The position numbers and the translations under genes are program-made. 64,000 nt of DNA from assembly GCA_965261395.1 (NCBI GenBank), contig OZ253462.1, forward strand, positions 5,952,001-6,016,000, written 5' to 3'. The stretch is from Candidatus Latescibacterota bacterium (GTDB taxonomy: Bacteria; Latescibacterota; UBA2968; UBA8231). Positions 47,706 through 55,773 of the stretch are shown here, one piece after another (within the stretch, counting starts at the first letter, position 1; each line of letters opens with the position of its first letter). A model generated the notes under the pieces. That model was not told the origin of the DNA, did no database searches, and saw nothing but the letters and a program-made list of their open reading frames with translations.

Positions 47706-48668
47706 GTGAATAAAAATGGATTTTACCTCGATTTTGAACGCGATCTCGTCGAGCTAGAAAAGAAGATCGACGACCTAAAAGAACAAGCCGAGACCGATGG
47801 CTTGAATTTGGATGAGGGCGTGCGCAAGCTCGAGGCGCAGGCCGCGAAGAAGCGCCGCGAGATCTACGCCAATCTCAGCCCTTGGCAGCGGGTGCAGATC
47901 TCGCGGCACCCGCACCGCCCCTACGCGCTCGATTACGTCGAGCGGATGCTCTCCGACTTCACCGAGCTACATGGCGACCGCCTCTTTGCCGACGACGCCT
48001 CGATCATCGGCGGCCCGGCGCGGCTGGATGACGAGTCGGTCATGATCATCGGCATCCAGAGTGGACGCAACCTCGAAGAGCGGCAAAAGCGCAACTTCGG
48101 CATGCCGCATCCAGAAGGGTATCGCAAGGCCCGACGCCTGATGCAAATGGCGGCCAAGTTCAAATTGCCGGTCTTGACCCTAGTCGATACCTCGGGTGCC
48201 TATCCTGGGATCGAGGCCGAGGAACGGGGCCAAGCCGAGGCCATCGCCCGCAATCTCTACGAAATGTCGCATCTGCCAGTGCCCATAGTCGTGGCCATCA
48301 TCGGCCAGGCCTTCAGCGGCGGCGCCATTGGCATCACGGTCGGCGACCGGATCCTGATGCTGGAGCACGCCTGTTATTCGGTAATTGTGCCGGAGAGCTG
48401 CTCGACGATCTTGTTCAAGGTGCGCGAGCGCAGAGAGGAAGCGGCCGAAGCCCTCAAGCTCACGGCTAAAGACCTGAAGCAGCAGGGGATCATCGACCGC
48501 ATCGTGCCCGAGCCGTTGGGCGGTGCACACCACGACTGGGATGCCACCGTCGCCGCGCTCAAACGCCACGTGCAAGATGCCCTAGCCGAACTCCAGCGAC
48601 TTACTCCAGAGGCGCTAGTGGCCCAGCGGCTGGACAAGTTCGCGGCGATGGCGTGCTTTGAGGAGTAG
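47706..48668 (+). CDS. accA: Acetyl-CoA carboxylase carboxyltransferase alpha subunit
   Basis: ELHGDRLFADD, NFGMPHPEGYRKA, GAYPGIEAEERGQ, EPLGGAH. Confidence 0.96.
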   Translation: MNKNGFYLDFERDLVELEKKIDDLKEQAETDGLNLDEGVRKLEAQAAKKRREIYANLSPWQRVQISRHPHRPYALDYVERMLSDFTELHGDRLFADDASIIGGPARLDDESVMIIGIQSGRNLEERQKRNFGMPHPEGYRKARRLMQMAAKFKLPVLTLVDTSGAYPGIEAEERGQAEAIARNLYEMSHLPVPIVVAIIGQAFSGGAIGITVGDRILMLEHACYSVIVPESCSTILFKVRERREEAAEALKLTAKDLKQQGIIDRIVPEPLGGAHHDWDATVAALKRHVQDALAELQRLTPEALVAQRLDKFAAMACFEE

Positions 48669-48691
48669 GGTGCCCTAGAGCTGCGATTCCG

Positions 48692-48723
48692 CTGCGCTCA
48701 GCATGACACTGGGGAGCGCAGCA
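48692..48723. terminator. Hairpin between convergent genes (terminator or repeat remnant)
   Basis: GCTGCGCTC…GAGCGCAGC 9-bp stem; no U tract. Confidence 0.4.
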
Positions 48724-48726
48724 CCA

Positions 48727-49866
48727 TCAATTGACAACATCGGCGCGCACTTCTCTGCGCCACCTCTCAAGCGGGTGTTCGCGCGGCGTTAGCGGCATGT
48801 ACACCCGTGCCTTGCGCCGATGTGATTCCCACGTCGCCTGAATCATTTCAAGACAATCCCGACCGTCCCTGCCGCTGGCAAACGGATCCCGGTCTTCCTC
48901 AATGGCTGCGATGAGGTCGCGCAGCGTGAGGCGTTGCAAGAGCAACCGTATGGATCCCCTGTCGCGTGGATTGCCGCGCTCGTCGAAGTCTTCGGCTGGC
49001 AGATGCACGGGTTCCCACGCCTCTGCCGGCGTCTTGTGTTGTCCTTTGTGGATAAACATCGCGGTGCCCACGCTCTCGCGCACGGCGATGCGACCTTCGG
49101 TGCCGATAATGTCGATGCCGTAGCCGTTGTCGTTGGTCTGCGGCTGGGCGAGGAATTGCACATCCGCATGGATGCCGTTGGCAAAGCGAAACGAAGCGTG
49201 CCCACGCTCGCCGAGCACAATTCCCGCATCGCGGTCGTGCGGGTGTACCTCTTGGGTGTGTTTGATGTCGTCAACGGTTGACTCGCGTCCATCCATCTGC
49301 ACAAGGTGCGCGTGCGTCCACTCGACATCGCCGCCGAAGAGACGCACCCAATCGTAGAGATGGGTGCCCATCTCCATCAGCGAATTGCCTACCTTCCGGC
49401 CCCCTTTGTCCGTTGCCTGCAGCAATACCACTTGGCCGATTGCGCCTTGGTCGATCAGCGAGAGAGCATGGCGATTGTACGGACTCGCGCGTTTGATGTG
49501 GTTAATGGCAAACTTGACGCGGTGCTGGTCGCAAGTTGCAACCATTTCGTCGGCTTCGATGAGATTCAGGGCAATCGGCTTTTCACAGAAGACGTGGATG
49601 CCGCGCTTGGCCGCCGCAATCGTCGGCTGGTGGTGCATTGGTGCTTGCGTTGGGACGATAACAAGGTCGGGTTGTTGCTCATCGAGCATCTTCTCGTAGT
49701 CGTCATAGAGGGCTTTGATGCCAAAGCGCTCGCCCCATGCCGCCGCCCGTTGCGGGTCGATTTCCGCTCCGGCGACCAATTCGCAGTTGGCCTCTAACTG
49801 CACCGCCTCCGCATGATGCCCACCCATGCCGCCGAGGCCAATAATCGCAATGCGGTAGTTGTTCAT
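48727..49866 (-). CDS. Gfo/Idh/MocA family oxidoreductase (paralog of 14985-16076)
   Basis: IIGLGGMG, HVFCEKP, MEMGTH, C-terminal REHPL shared with the paralog. Confidence 0.9.
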   Translation of the reverse strand: MNNYRIAIIGLGGMGGHHAEAVQLEANCELVAGAEIDPQRAAAWGERFGIKALYDDYEKMLDEQQPDLVIVPTQAPMHHQPTIAAAKRGIHVFCEKPIALNLIEADEMVATCDQHRVKFAINHIKRASPYNRHALSLIDQGAIGQVVLLQATDKGGRKVGNSLMEMGTHLYDWVRLFGGDVEWTHAHLVQMDGRESTVDDIKHTQEVHPHDRDAGIVLGERGHASFRFANGIHADVQFLAQPQTNDNGYGIDIIGTEGRIAVRESVGTAMFIHKGQHKTPAEAWEPVHLPAEDFDERGNPRDRGSIRLLLQRLTLRDLIAAIEEDRDPFASGRDGRDCLEMIQATWESHRRKARVYMPLTPREHPLERWRREVRADVVN

Positions 49867-49880
49867 AAAGATGTCTCACC

Positions 49881-49926
49881 GTTCGCGCCTACGAGGGCCA
49901 ATCTCCACGGCCTCGTAGGCGCAAAC
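49881..49926. repeat. Long intergenic inverted repeat containing GTAGGCGC (REP-like)
   Basis: GTTCGCGCCTACGAGGGCC-N9-GGCCTCGTAGGCGCAAAC. Confidence 0.65.
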
Positions 49927-49940
49927 AGTTCTGTTTGGGA

Positions 49941-50852
49941 TCAGGCGCGCCGCAAGCGATCGAAGAGTCGCTCTAGGCGGTCGAAGACGAGGCGGATCAT
50001 GTCTTCGTCCCAGTCGCCGTCGATTTTGATCTGGACCGTGGACTGGAGGGTCTCTAGATAGGCTCGCTGCGTCTCGGTCAGGGGGCGCTCCTGCTGGGGA
50101 CGCTCCTGCTGGGGGCGCTCCTGCTGGCGCTCTTGGCGTTCCGGCCGCTCTTGACGCTCCTGGCGTTCTTGTCGCTCGGAACTGGTGGCGCGCTTGGCGC
50201 GTCCCTCGCGCCCGGAACGCTCCCTGGGGGCGGGTTCCCGGGTGCTGCGATCCTCTTGGGGCGCGGGTTCGGGCGCGGGTTCGGGAGTTTCGGAGCGTTC
50301 GTCTTGGGGCGCGGGTTCAGTGGCCGTCACTTCCTCTTGCGGTTCGGAGGGGTCGCCGAAGTCGGCTTCGGCGATGAGGTATTTGAAAAACATCTTCATC
50401 TTGTTGGCCGAATCGAGCCCCATGCCGGTGCGGCTGCGGAAGTAATCGACAATCTCGTCGTCGCTCATGTTGCCGTTGTTCTTTTCCCAATCCGGCAGCA
50501 ACTCCTTGTAGAGGTCGCGGACCACGTCGGCGACCGCAAATCTGCGCGTCTCCTTGGGGATTAGCCGCAAGAGCAGGTCCGTGGGCTTTTGGTCGCGGTC
50601 GGTCAGGTGCATGGATTCGATGCCGCGCAAAAAGCGGTGAATCATCGACGGGGTGCGAATAATAGGCCGCACGTAGTCGCGGTCCACTTGGTCGGGAATT
50701 TTGGTCTCCAGCCGCGCGAGAAACCGCTCGAATTGCACCTTGGTGATGTAGGGAAACCAAGTCCGGTCCTGCCGGCCGCCGTTTTCCTCCGATCCTTCTT
50801 CCGCTGTCGTCTCAGCGGCGTCTTGGCGTACTTCTTCCATTGTTGTCTCCAT
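49941..50852 (-). CDS. Hypothetical protein: DUF5343-like N domain, low-complexity linker, short helical C-terminus
   Basis: FPYITKVQFERFLARL…PDQVDRDYV; QQERP tandem repeats. Confidence 0.6.
   Translation of the reverse strand: METTMEEVRQDAAETTAEEGSEENGGRQDRTWFPYITKVQFERFLARLETKIPDQVDRDYVRPIIRTPSMIHRFLRGIESMHLTDRDQKPTDLLLRLIPKETRRFAVADVVRDLYKELLPDWEKNNGNMSDDEIVDYFRSRTGMGLDSANKMKMFFKYLIAEADFGDPSEPQEEVTATEPAPQDERSETPEPAPEPAPQEDRSTREPAPRERSGREGRAKRATSSERQERQERQERPERQERQQERPQQERPQQERPLTETQRAYLETLQSTVQIKIDGDWDEDMIRLVFDRLERLFDRLRRA
50076..50180. repeat. Coding tandem repeats (15-nt QQERP units and 9-nt ERQ units)
   Basis: GGGGGCGCTCCTGCT-like unit x3 plus degenerate units. Confidence 0.75.
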
Positions 50853-50878
50853 TCGATAAATTGATATGTCTCCGGGCG

Positions 50879-51238
50879 TTAGGGCTGCGAGGCAAATTCG
50901 GCCGTCACGACGGCGGAGATGCCACCGCGCACATTAAATTCTCCCACCACGGTCATGCGCCTCGGTGCGCAGGCGGCCACCAAATCGTCGAGAATGGTGT
51001 TGGTGACCGCTTCGTAGTAAGCGCCTTCTTGGCGAAAGGACCACAGGTAGAGCTTGAGTGATTTTAGCTCAATGCACTGTTGGTCGGGTACGTAGCAGAT
51101 GTGAATGGTGCCAAAATCCGGTTGTCCGGTTACGGGACATATCGAAGTAAATTCCGGACACGCTAGCTCGATTGTGTAGTCGCGGTCCGGATGGGGATTG
51201 GCAAAAACCACTAGGTCTTTGCTCGGCTCGGTAGCCAT
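50879..51238 (-). CDS. queF: preQ0 reductase (type I)
   Basis: [33 protein letters not shown]. Confidence 0.96.
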   Translation of the reverse strand: MATEPSKDLVVFANPHPDRDYTIELACPEFTSICPVTGQPDFGTIHICYVPDQQCIELKSLKLYLWSFRQEGAYYEAVTNTILDDLVAACAPRRMTVVGEFNVRGGISAVVTAEFASQP

Positions 51239-51260
51239 GAAATTTCGTCTCCTAACAGCC

Positions 51261-51412
51261 TAAAGCACTTAAAGATAAGGCTAAACGGGTGCTTTGGCTA
51301 TGCTGCGACAAAGCGCTCGATGACGTTCGCGGTAATGCGCGAGACGACCTCGTCCACGAGAATCGAGGCTGGATACGCAACGGAGCCGACGGAAAAAACC
51401 GCGCCGCCGCTC
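51261..51412 (-). pseudogene. Stub: duplicated 3' end plus downstream flank of the DMF-amidase-like gene (matches 59891-60042)
   Basis: 51298-51412 vs 59928-60042: 106/115 identical; encodes SGGAVFSVGSVAYPASILVDEVVSRITANVIERFVAA*. Confidence 0.92.
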
Positions 51413-54400
51413 AAGGCGCACTTGCCTGCTCGCAGGCCAACTCGAACACCCTGTCGGTCATCCAGCGCTTGAAACCCTCGTTGTCCATGAACTGCTTGAA
51501 GAGTTCGGTGTCGTCCTTCATGACGTTCGTCATGACCCGCAGCAGCGCCTTGTCGTGCTCGATGCGGGAGTTGGCGGCGTCCGAGTTCTGCCGCGCATTC
51601 TTGAAGGCAGCGTCCGCGGCCACCCGGGACGGGATGGTCTTGGTGATGAGTTCCCCCACGCGGTCGGCATCCTCCCAGTCGATGTCGCCGAACAGATCGT
51701 TGAACGTCCTGAGAATATTCGACAGCCGGTCCAGCTCTGGTTCCGGCACGTGCCCTCCGCCGCTGGTCGGCACCGGCTCGACTTCGGCGTCCTCGTCCAG
51801 CAGCAGAATCTGCTGCATGGCTTGCTTCTCGACCCGGTAGCTGTCGAGGTCGATGGCGTCGAGGATGCCCTTCGACAGGTCCTCTTCCTCGGGGGCTGGC
51901 AGCTTGGGGATCAGGAAGTTCAGGAAGATCGAGCGCTTCTCCCACCCGGCGTCGTTGTAGGGAAGCACGGACGACAGAAAGGCGTAGGTGCGCGCGAATC
52001 CCTTGGCGTTGCCTTTGAACTCCACTTGGCCGTCCTCGTCCAGATCGCGCTTGTAGGCCGCCACGCAGGCGTCGAGGATTGGGTCGAGCTGGTCGCGCTG
52101 GGCACCGCCGAGGTAGCGCTCGACGAAGTCGTCGATCTGCTCGTCGGAATAGACTTGGGCGCGGTCTAGGTCCGTCTGCAGGTCGTGCAGCTTATTGGGG
52201 TCGGTCTCGTCGGCTAGGATGGTCGCGCGGTAGTAATCGGCGAAGGCGGCGCGGATGGTGTCGGCGTCGTTGAAGAAATCGAGCACGAACACGTCGTGTT
52301 TCTTGGGATGCGCTCGGTTGAGGCGGGAGAGGGTCTGCACCGCCTTGATGTCGGACAGCGTCTTGTCCACGTACATCGTATGCAGCAGTGGTTCGTCGTA
52401 CCCGGTCTGGAACTTGTCGGCGCAGACTAGGAAGCGGTAGGGGTCTTCTTGGAACTGCCCGGCGATCTGGGTGGAGGAAAAGCCGTTCAGCGAGGCTTCG
52501 GTGACCTTCTCGCCGCCGAACTCGTGCTCGCCGGAGAAGGCGACGATAGCCCGGTAGCGGCTCTTGCGCTGCTGCAGGTAGTCGCTGATTGCGTGGTAGT
52601 ACTGGATCGCCCGCTCGATGCCGTTGGTGACCACCATTGCCCGCGCTGCGCCGCCGATCCTGTTCTGCGCCAGCACTTGGTCGTGGAAGTGATCGACCAT
52701 GATCTGGGCCTTGAGTTCAATCGCGTGATCGCTCCCCTCGACGAAGCGGCGCAGCTTCTTCTGGGCCTTCTTGACGTCGAACTCTGGGTCCTGCTCCACT
52801 GTTTTGGCGAGTTTGTAATAGCTCTGCACTGGCATGTAGTGGGCGAGCACGTCGAGGATGAACCCCTCTTGGATCGCCTGCTTCATGGTGTAGCTGTGGA
52901 AGGCGTGGTGCCTGACCGTGCCATCGGGCTGTGGGGCTGGGGCACCGAAGATTTCCAGCGTCTTGTTCTTGGGGGTGGCGGTGAAGGCGAAGTAGCTGGC
53001 GTTGGGGAGCAGCTTGCGCGACTCCATCAGGCGATTGATCCGGTCCTCGAAGGTTTCTTCCTCCTCCTCTGCACCTGCCTCGGAGAGCGCCTGCGCCATG
53101 GCCGCACCGGTGCGGCCGCCCTGGCTGGAGTGGGCCTCGTCGATGATGATGGCGAAGCTGCGTCTGCGTTGCTCGTTGCCGATTTCGTCGAGGATGAAGG
53201 GGAATTTCTGGATCGTCGAGATGATGATCTTCTTGCCGCTCTCGATGAACCGGCGCAGGTCGCCCGAGCGGTCGGCGTGTCCCACGGTCGCCGACACTTG
53301 GGAATACTGTTTGATCGTGTCGCGGATCTGCCGGTCGAGGATGAGGCGGTCGGTGACGACGAGGATTGAGTCGAAGACCGGACCGCCGTCCTTCTCCAGC
53401 CCGATTAGTTGGTGGGCCAGCCAGGCGATGGAGTTGCTCTTGCCGCTGCCGGCCGAGTGTTGGATCAGGTAGCGACGGCCTACGCCGTGGGCACGTGCGT
53501 CGGCCAGCAGGTGGCGCACCACGTCGAGTTGATGATAGCGCGGCCAGATCTGGGTCTGCTTCTTCTTGCCCGTCTTCTCGTCCTTCGCCTCTACCACTTG
53601 GGCGTAGTTCTCTAGGATGTTGGTCAGGCTCTCCCGGGGGAGCACTTCCCGCCACAGGTAGTCGATCGCTAGCCCGTTGGGATTGGGTGGGTTGCCGGCA
53701 CCGTCGTTCCAGCCTCGGTTGAAGGGGAGGAACCAGGAGGCCTTGCCGCTGAGGTGGGTGCAGAAGCGGATCTCGCTTTCGTCCAGTGCGAAGTGGGCGA
53801 CGCAGCGGCCGAACTCAAACAGTTTCTCGCGCGGGTTGCGGTCGCGCTGATACTGCTGGACGGCGTCGGCCACCGTCTGCTTGGTGAGGCTGTTCTTTAG
53901 CTCAAAGGTGAAGACTGGCAGGCCGTTGATGAACAGGCCGATGTCGAGCGCTCGCTGGGTTTCGTCGCGGCTGTAGCGAAGCTGGCGGGTGACTGTGAAG
54001 CGGTTCTGTTTGAAGCGCTCCTGCGCTTCTGGGTTGTCGGCCGAAGGCGTGCCGTAGAATAGGTCTAGGTTGTGCGCTTCGTGCTTGATGCCGTGGCGCA
54101 GCACGTCGATGGTGCCGCGCTTGCTGATTTCGCCCTGGAGGCGGGCAAGGAACCGGCGGCGCGTGGGGCTGGCCTGGCCCGGTAGGGGCGACCGGCCGGT
54201 CGCCCCTACATGGGTGGATGCTATGCCAACGGCCTCCGCAACCTCGGGTTGGGTGGCGTGTAGGAAGGCGGAAAGCTGGGCCAGATCGACGCAGTATTCG
54301 CGGTCGTAGTCGTGGAAGTTGCCGCCGGCCCAACCGACTCCGCCGTAGCGGGCAGGTGGCTCGCCCACGGTGGGACCTGGAGGTGGGTCGCAAGGATGGC

Positions 54401-54458
54401 CGGCTAAGGCCGTGCAGATGAGGCGTTCGAGGCCGCGTTCGGTGGTATCGGTGGGCAC
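51411..54458 (-). CDS. hsdR: Type I restriction endonuclease subunit R
   Basis: DIGLFINGLPVFTFELK nuclease motif, QHSAGSGKS, IIDEAHSSQ, AFTATPK, KFQTGYDEP, QTLSRLNR. Confidence 0.96.
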   Translation of the reverse strand: MPTDTTERGLERLICTALAGHPCDPPPGPTVGEPPARYGGVGWAGGNFHDYDREYCVDLAQLSAFLHATQPEVAEAVGIASTHVGATGRSPLPGQASPTRRRFLARLQGEISKRGTIDVLRHGIKHEAHNLDLFYGTPSADNPEAQERFKQNRFTVTRQLRYSRDETQRALDIGLFINGLPVFTFELKNSLTKQTVADAVQQYQRDRNPREKLFEFGRCVAHFALDESEIRFCTHLSGKASWFLPFNRGWNDGAGNPPNPNGLAIDYLWREVLPRESLTNILENYAQVVEAKDEKTGKKKQTQIWPRYHQLDVVRHLLADARAHGVGRRYLIQHSAGSGKSNSIAWLAHQLIGLEKDGGPVFDSILVVTDRLILDRQIRDTIKQYSQVSATVGHADRSGDLRRFIESGKKIIISTIQKFPFILDEIGNEQRRRSFAIIIDEAHSSQGGRTGAAMAQALSEAGAEEEEETFEDRINRLMESRKLLPNASYFAFTATPKNKTLEIFGAPAPQPDGTVRHHAFHSYTMKQAIQEGFILDVLAHYMPVQSYYKLAKTVEQDPEFDVKKAQKKLRRFVEGSDHAIELKAQIMVDHFHDQVLAQNRIGGAARAMVVTNGIERAIQYYHAISDYLQQRKSRYRAIVAFSGEHEFGGEKVTEASLNGFSSTQIAGQFQEDPYRFLVCADKFQTGYDEPLLHTMYVDKTLSDIKAVQTLSRLNRAHPKKHDVFVLDFFNDADTIRAAFADYYRATILADETDPNKLHDLQTDLDRAQVYSDEQIDDFVERYLGGAQRDQLDPILDACVAAYKRDLDEDGQVEFKGNAKGFARTYAFLSSVLPYNDAGWEKRSIFLNFLIPKLPAPEEEDLSKGILDAIDLDSYRVEKQAMQQILLLDEDAEVEPVPTSGGGHVPEPELDRLSNILRTFNDLFGDIDWEDADRVGELITKTIPSRVAADAAFKNARQNSDAANSRIEHDKALLRVMTNVMKDDTELFKQFMDNEGFKRWMTDRVFELACEQASAP
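54182..54209. repeat. REP copy 2, in frame inside hsdR
   Basis: Exact 28-bp palindrome, translated as VGATGRSPL. Confidence 0.92.
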
Positions 54459-54466
54459 TGTGAAGA

Positions 54467-54880
54467 CTACCGGTCCGTGAACGGGTTTATGACCCGGAGG
54501 CCATCGTAGTCCTGTTCCGAACTGAGGTCCTCAGAATAGATCACGTCGCAGCCGAGGGTCCGGGCTGCGGCAAGGATCGCGCCGTCCCAATAAGACAGCC
54601 GAAAGCGTCGGCTGATGGCCACGGCCTCGAGAAAAACGTCCATCGTCATGGTCTGAATCCGGAACAGCAGAATCGGCTCTAGGAATTGCAATGCTCTATT
54701 GCCAGAAAGACTGCGGATCCGTGTCGGCCGGGTGGCTTGGTGATAGAACTCCTGCAGCACCTGAACGGACGCGGCGAGGTCGGGTTCTGTCAGGACTTCC
54801 AGCGCCCGCGCCCGCTTGTCGGCCTCCTCCGGGACCTCGCTGACAGCGTACAGCAGGACATTGGTATCTACGAATCGCAT
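54467..54880 (-). CDS. PIN-domain (VapC-like) toxin
   Basis: FVDTNVLLY, QVLQEF, LSYWDG, IYSEDL, INPF. Confidence 0.92.
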   Translation of the reverse strand: MRFVDTNVLLYAVSEVPEEADKRARALEVLTEPDLAASVQVLQEFYHQATRPTRIRSLSGNRALQFLEPILLFRIQTMTMDVFLEAVAISRRFRLSYWDGAILAAARTLGCDVIYSEDLSSEQDYDGLRVINPFTDR

Positions 54881-55230
54881 GGCGAGGTTTTGAGTGCTTC
54901 GGAGATGCTGCGCTGCCGCTCGCGCTCGGCGACAGCCTCGGCCCTTGCCGCGACGCGGTCGTACAACGCCTCTCTGGGCAGGTTGTCGGACATCCGCAAC
55001 CCAATACCCTGACTATCGAAGTCCGCGAGTACTTCCCGCAGCAGCCTGCACCGACGCTGATAGATGGTTTCGCTAGACCCGGCACTGGCTTCGCCCCCCG
55101 CATCCGGCTCCGCCGCCAGATGTCTCAGGTAGTCTCGCACGAGGGCCGATACCGAGGTGTCCAACTCCGCCGCCCGGATGCGGGCGAGCCGGTGGGTCTG
55201 TTCGTCGATGGATACAGTGATGTTTTTCAT
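54868..55230 (-). CDS. Ribbon-helix-helix antitoxin (CopG/DUF6364-like)
   Basis: MKNITVSIDEQTHRLARIRAAELDTSVSALVRDYL; REALYDR; overlaps the PIN gene. Confidence 0.85.
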   Translation of the reverse strand: MKNITVSIDEQTHRLARIRAAELDTSVSALVRDYLRHLAAEPDAGGEASAGSSETIYQRRCRLLREVLADFDSQGIGLRMSDNLPREALYDRVAARAEAVAERERQRSISEALKTSPCDS

Positions 55231-55241
55231 AGTCGCAGCCT

Positions 55242-55298
55242 CACAGTTTCTGTGTAGCACAATATAGATGCTCATTGGCCTATGGGCAACACATGTGT
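55242..55298 (-). promoter_or_regulatory. Promoter and palindromic operators of the RHH-PIN pair
   Basis: Minus strand TTGCCC (55289-55284), 17-nt spacer, TATATT (55266-55261); palindromes CACAG-N3-CTGTG (55242-55254) and ACACATGTGT (55289-55298). Confidence 0.6.
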
Positions 55299-55339
55299 AC
55301 TCTTCTGCCGATTCTTCGGCGTCCGCTAGGCACCTAGCG

Positions 55340-55567
55340 TCAAATCGTAACTGTGTAGTGGTTCACCACAACCGAATCCGCCGCCAGATCACCATCCCGC
55401 TCAAGCTCATCGAGATACAGCCTGATCGCGTCGGCGACCAGGTCATGCACCTCATCCTCGGTCTCCCCGGCAACCCCGATGCCCGGAAGCTCCGGTACAT
55501 AGGCTCCATACGCTCCGAGGCCGTATTTCTCTACAATGACCAGATACTCAGTCTGTGCCATCTTCAC
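55340..55567 (-). CDS. HicB family antitoxin
   Basis: YLVIVEK…YGAYVPELPGIGVAGETEDEV…AIRLYL. Confidence 0.85.
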   Translation of the reverse strand: MKMAQTEYLVIVEKYGLGAYGAYVPELPGIGVAGETEDEVHDLVADAIRLYLDELERDGDLAADSVVVNHYTVTI

Positions 55568-55670
55568 CCTCCTTGTAGTTCTCTTTCAAGCCGGCTTGTT
55601 TGAGCACTTGAACCTGCGCCGTGCAGATGAGGCGTTTGGGGCCGCGTTCAGAGGTGTCGGTGGTGGTCAC
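55548..55670 (-). pseudogene. Chimeric remnant: hsdR 5' stub fused to a HicA-like 3' end
   Basis: Reads MTTTDTSERGPKRLICTA-QVQVLKQAGLK…; 55618-55663 is 41/46 identical to 54409-54454; VLKQAGLK resembles HicA C-termini. Confidence 0.75.
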
Positions 55671-55686
55671 GCTATCTCTTCCGTAT

Positions 55687-55773
55687 TCAGATCGGGACTT
55701 TCCTAGAGGCCCAAGCTCCGCTGATCTTCTTGGGGTTTCGTTCCACTGCTGGGCAGGTGCTCCAGTCCGTCAT
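55687..55773 (-). pseudogene. Truncated DUF433-like antitoxin (28 aa)
   Basis: MTDWSTCPAVERNPKKISGAW then diverges; ATGA overlap with the hsdS stop. Confidence 0.65.

Noticed and set aside
51298-51945. 215-aa ORF ending in the DMF-amidase-like C-terminus
   Set aside because: Alternative frame of hsdR that happens to run into the duplicated stub; only the last 37 codons are meaningful
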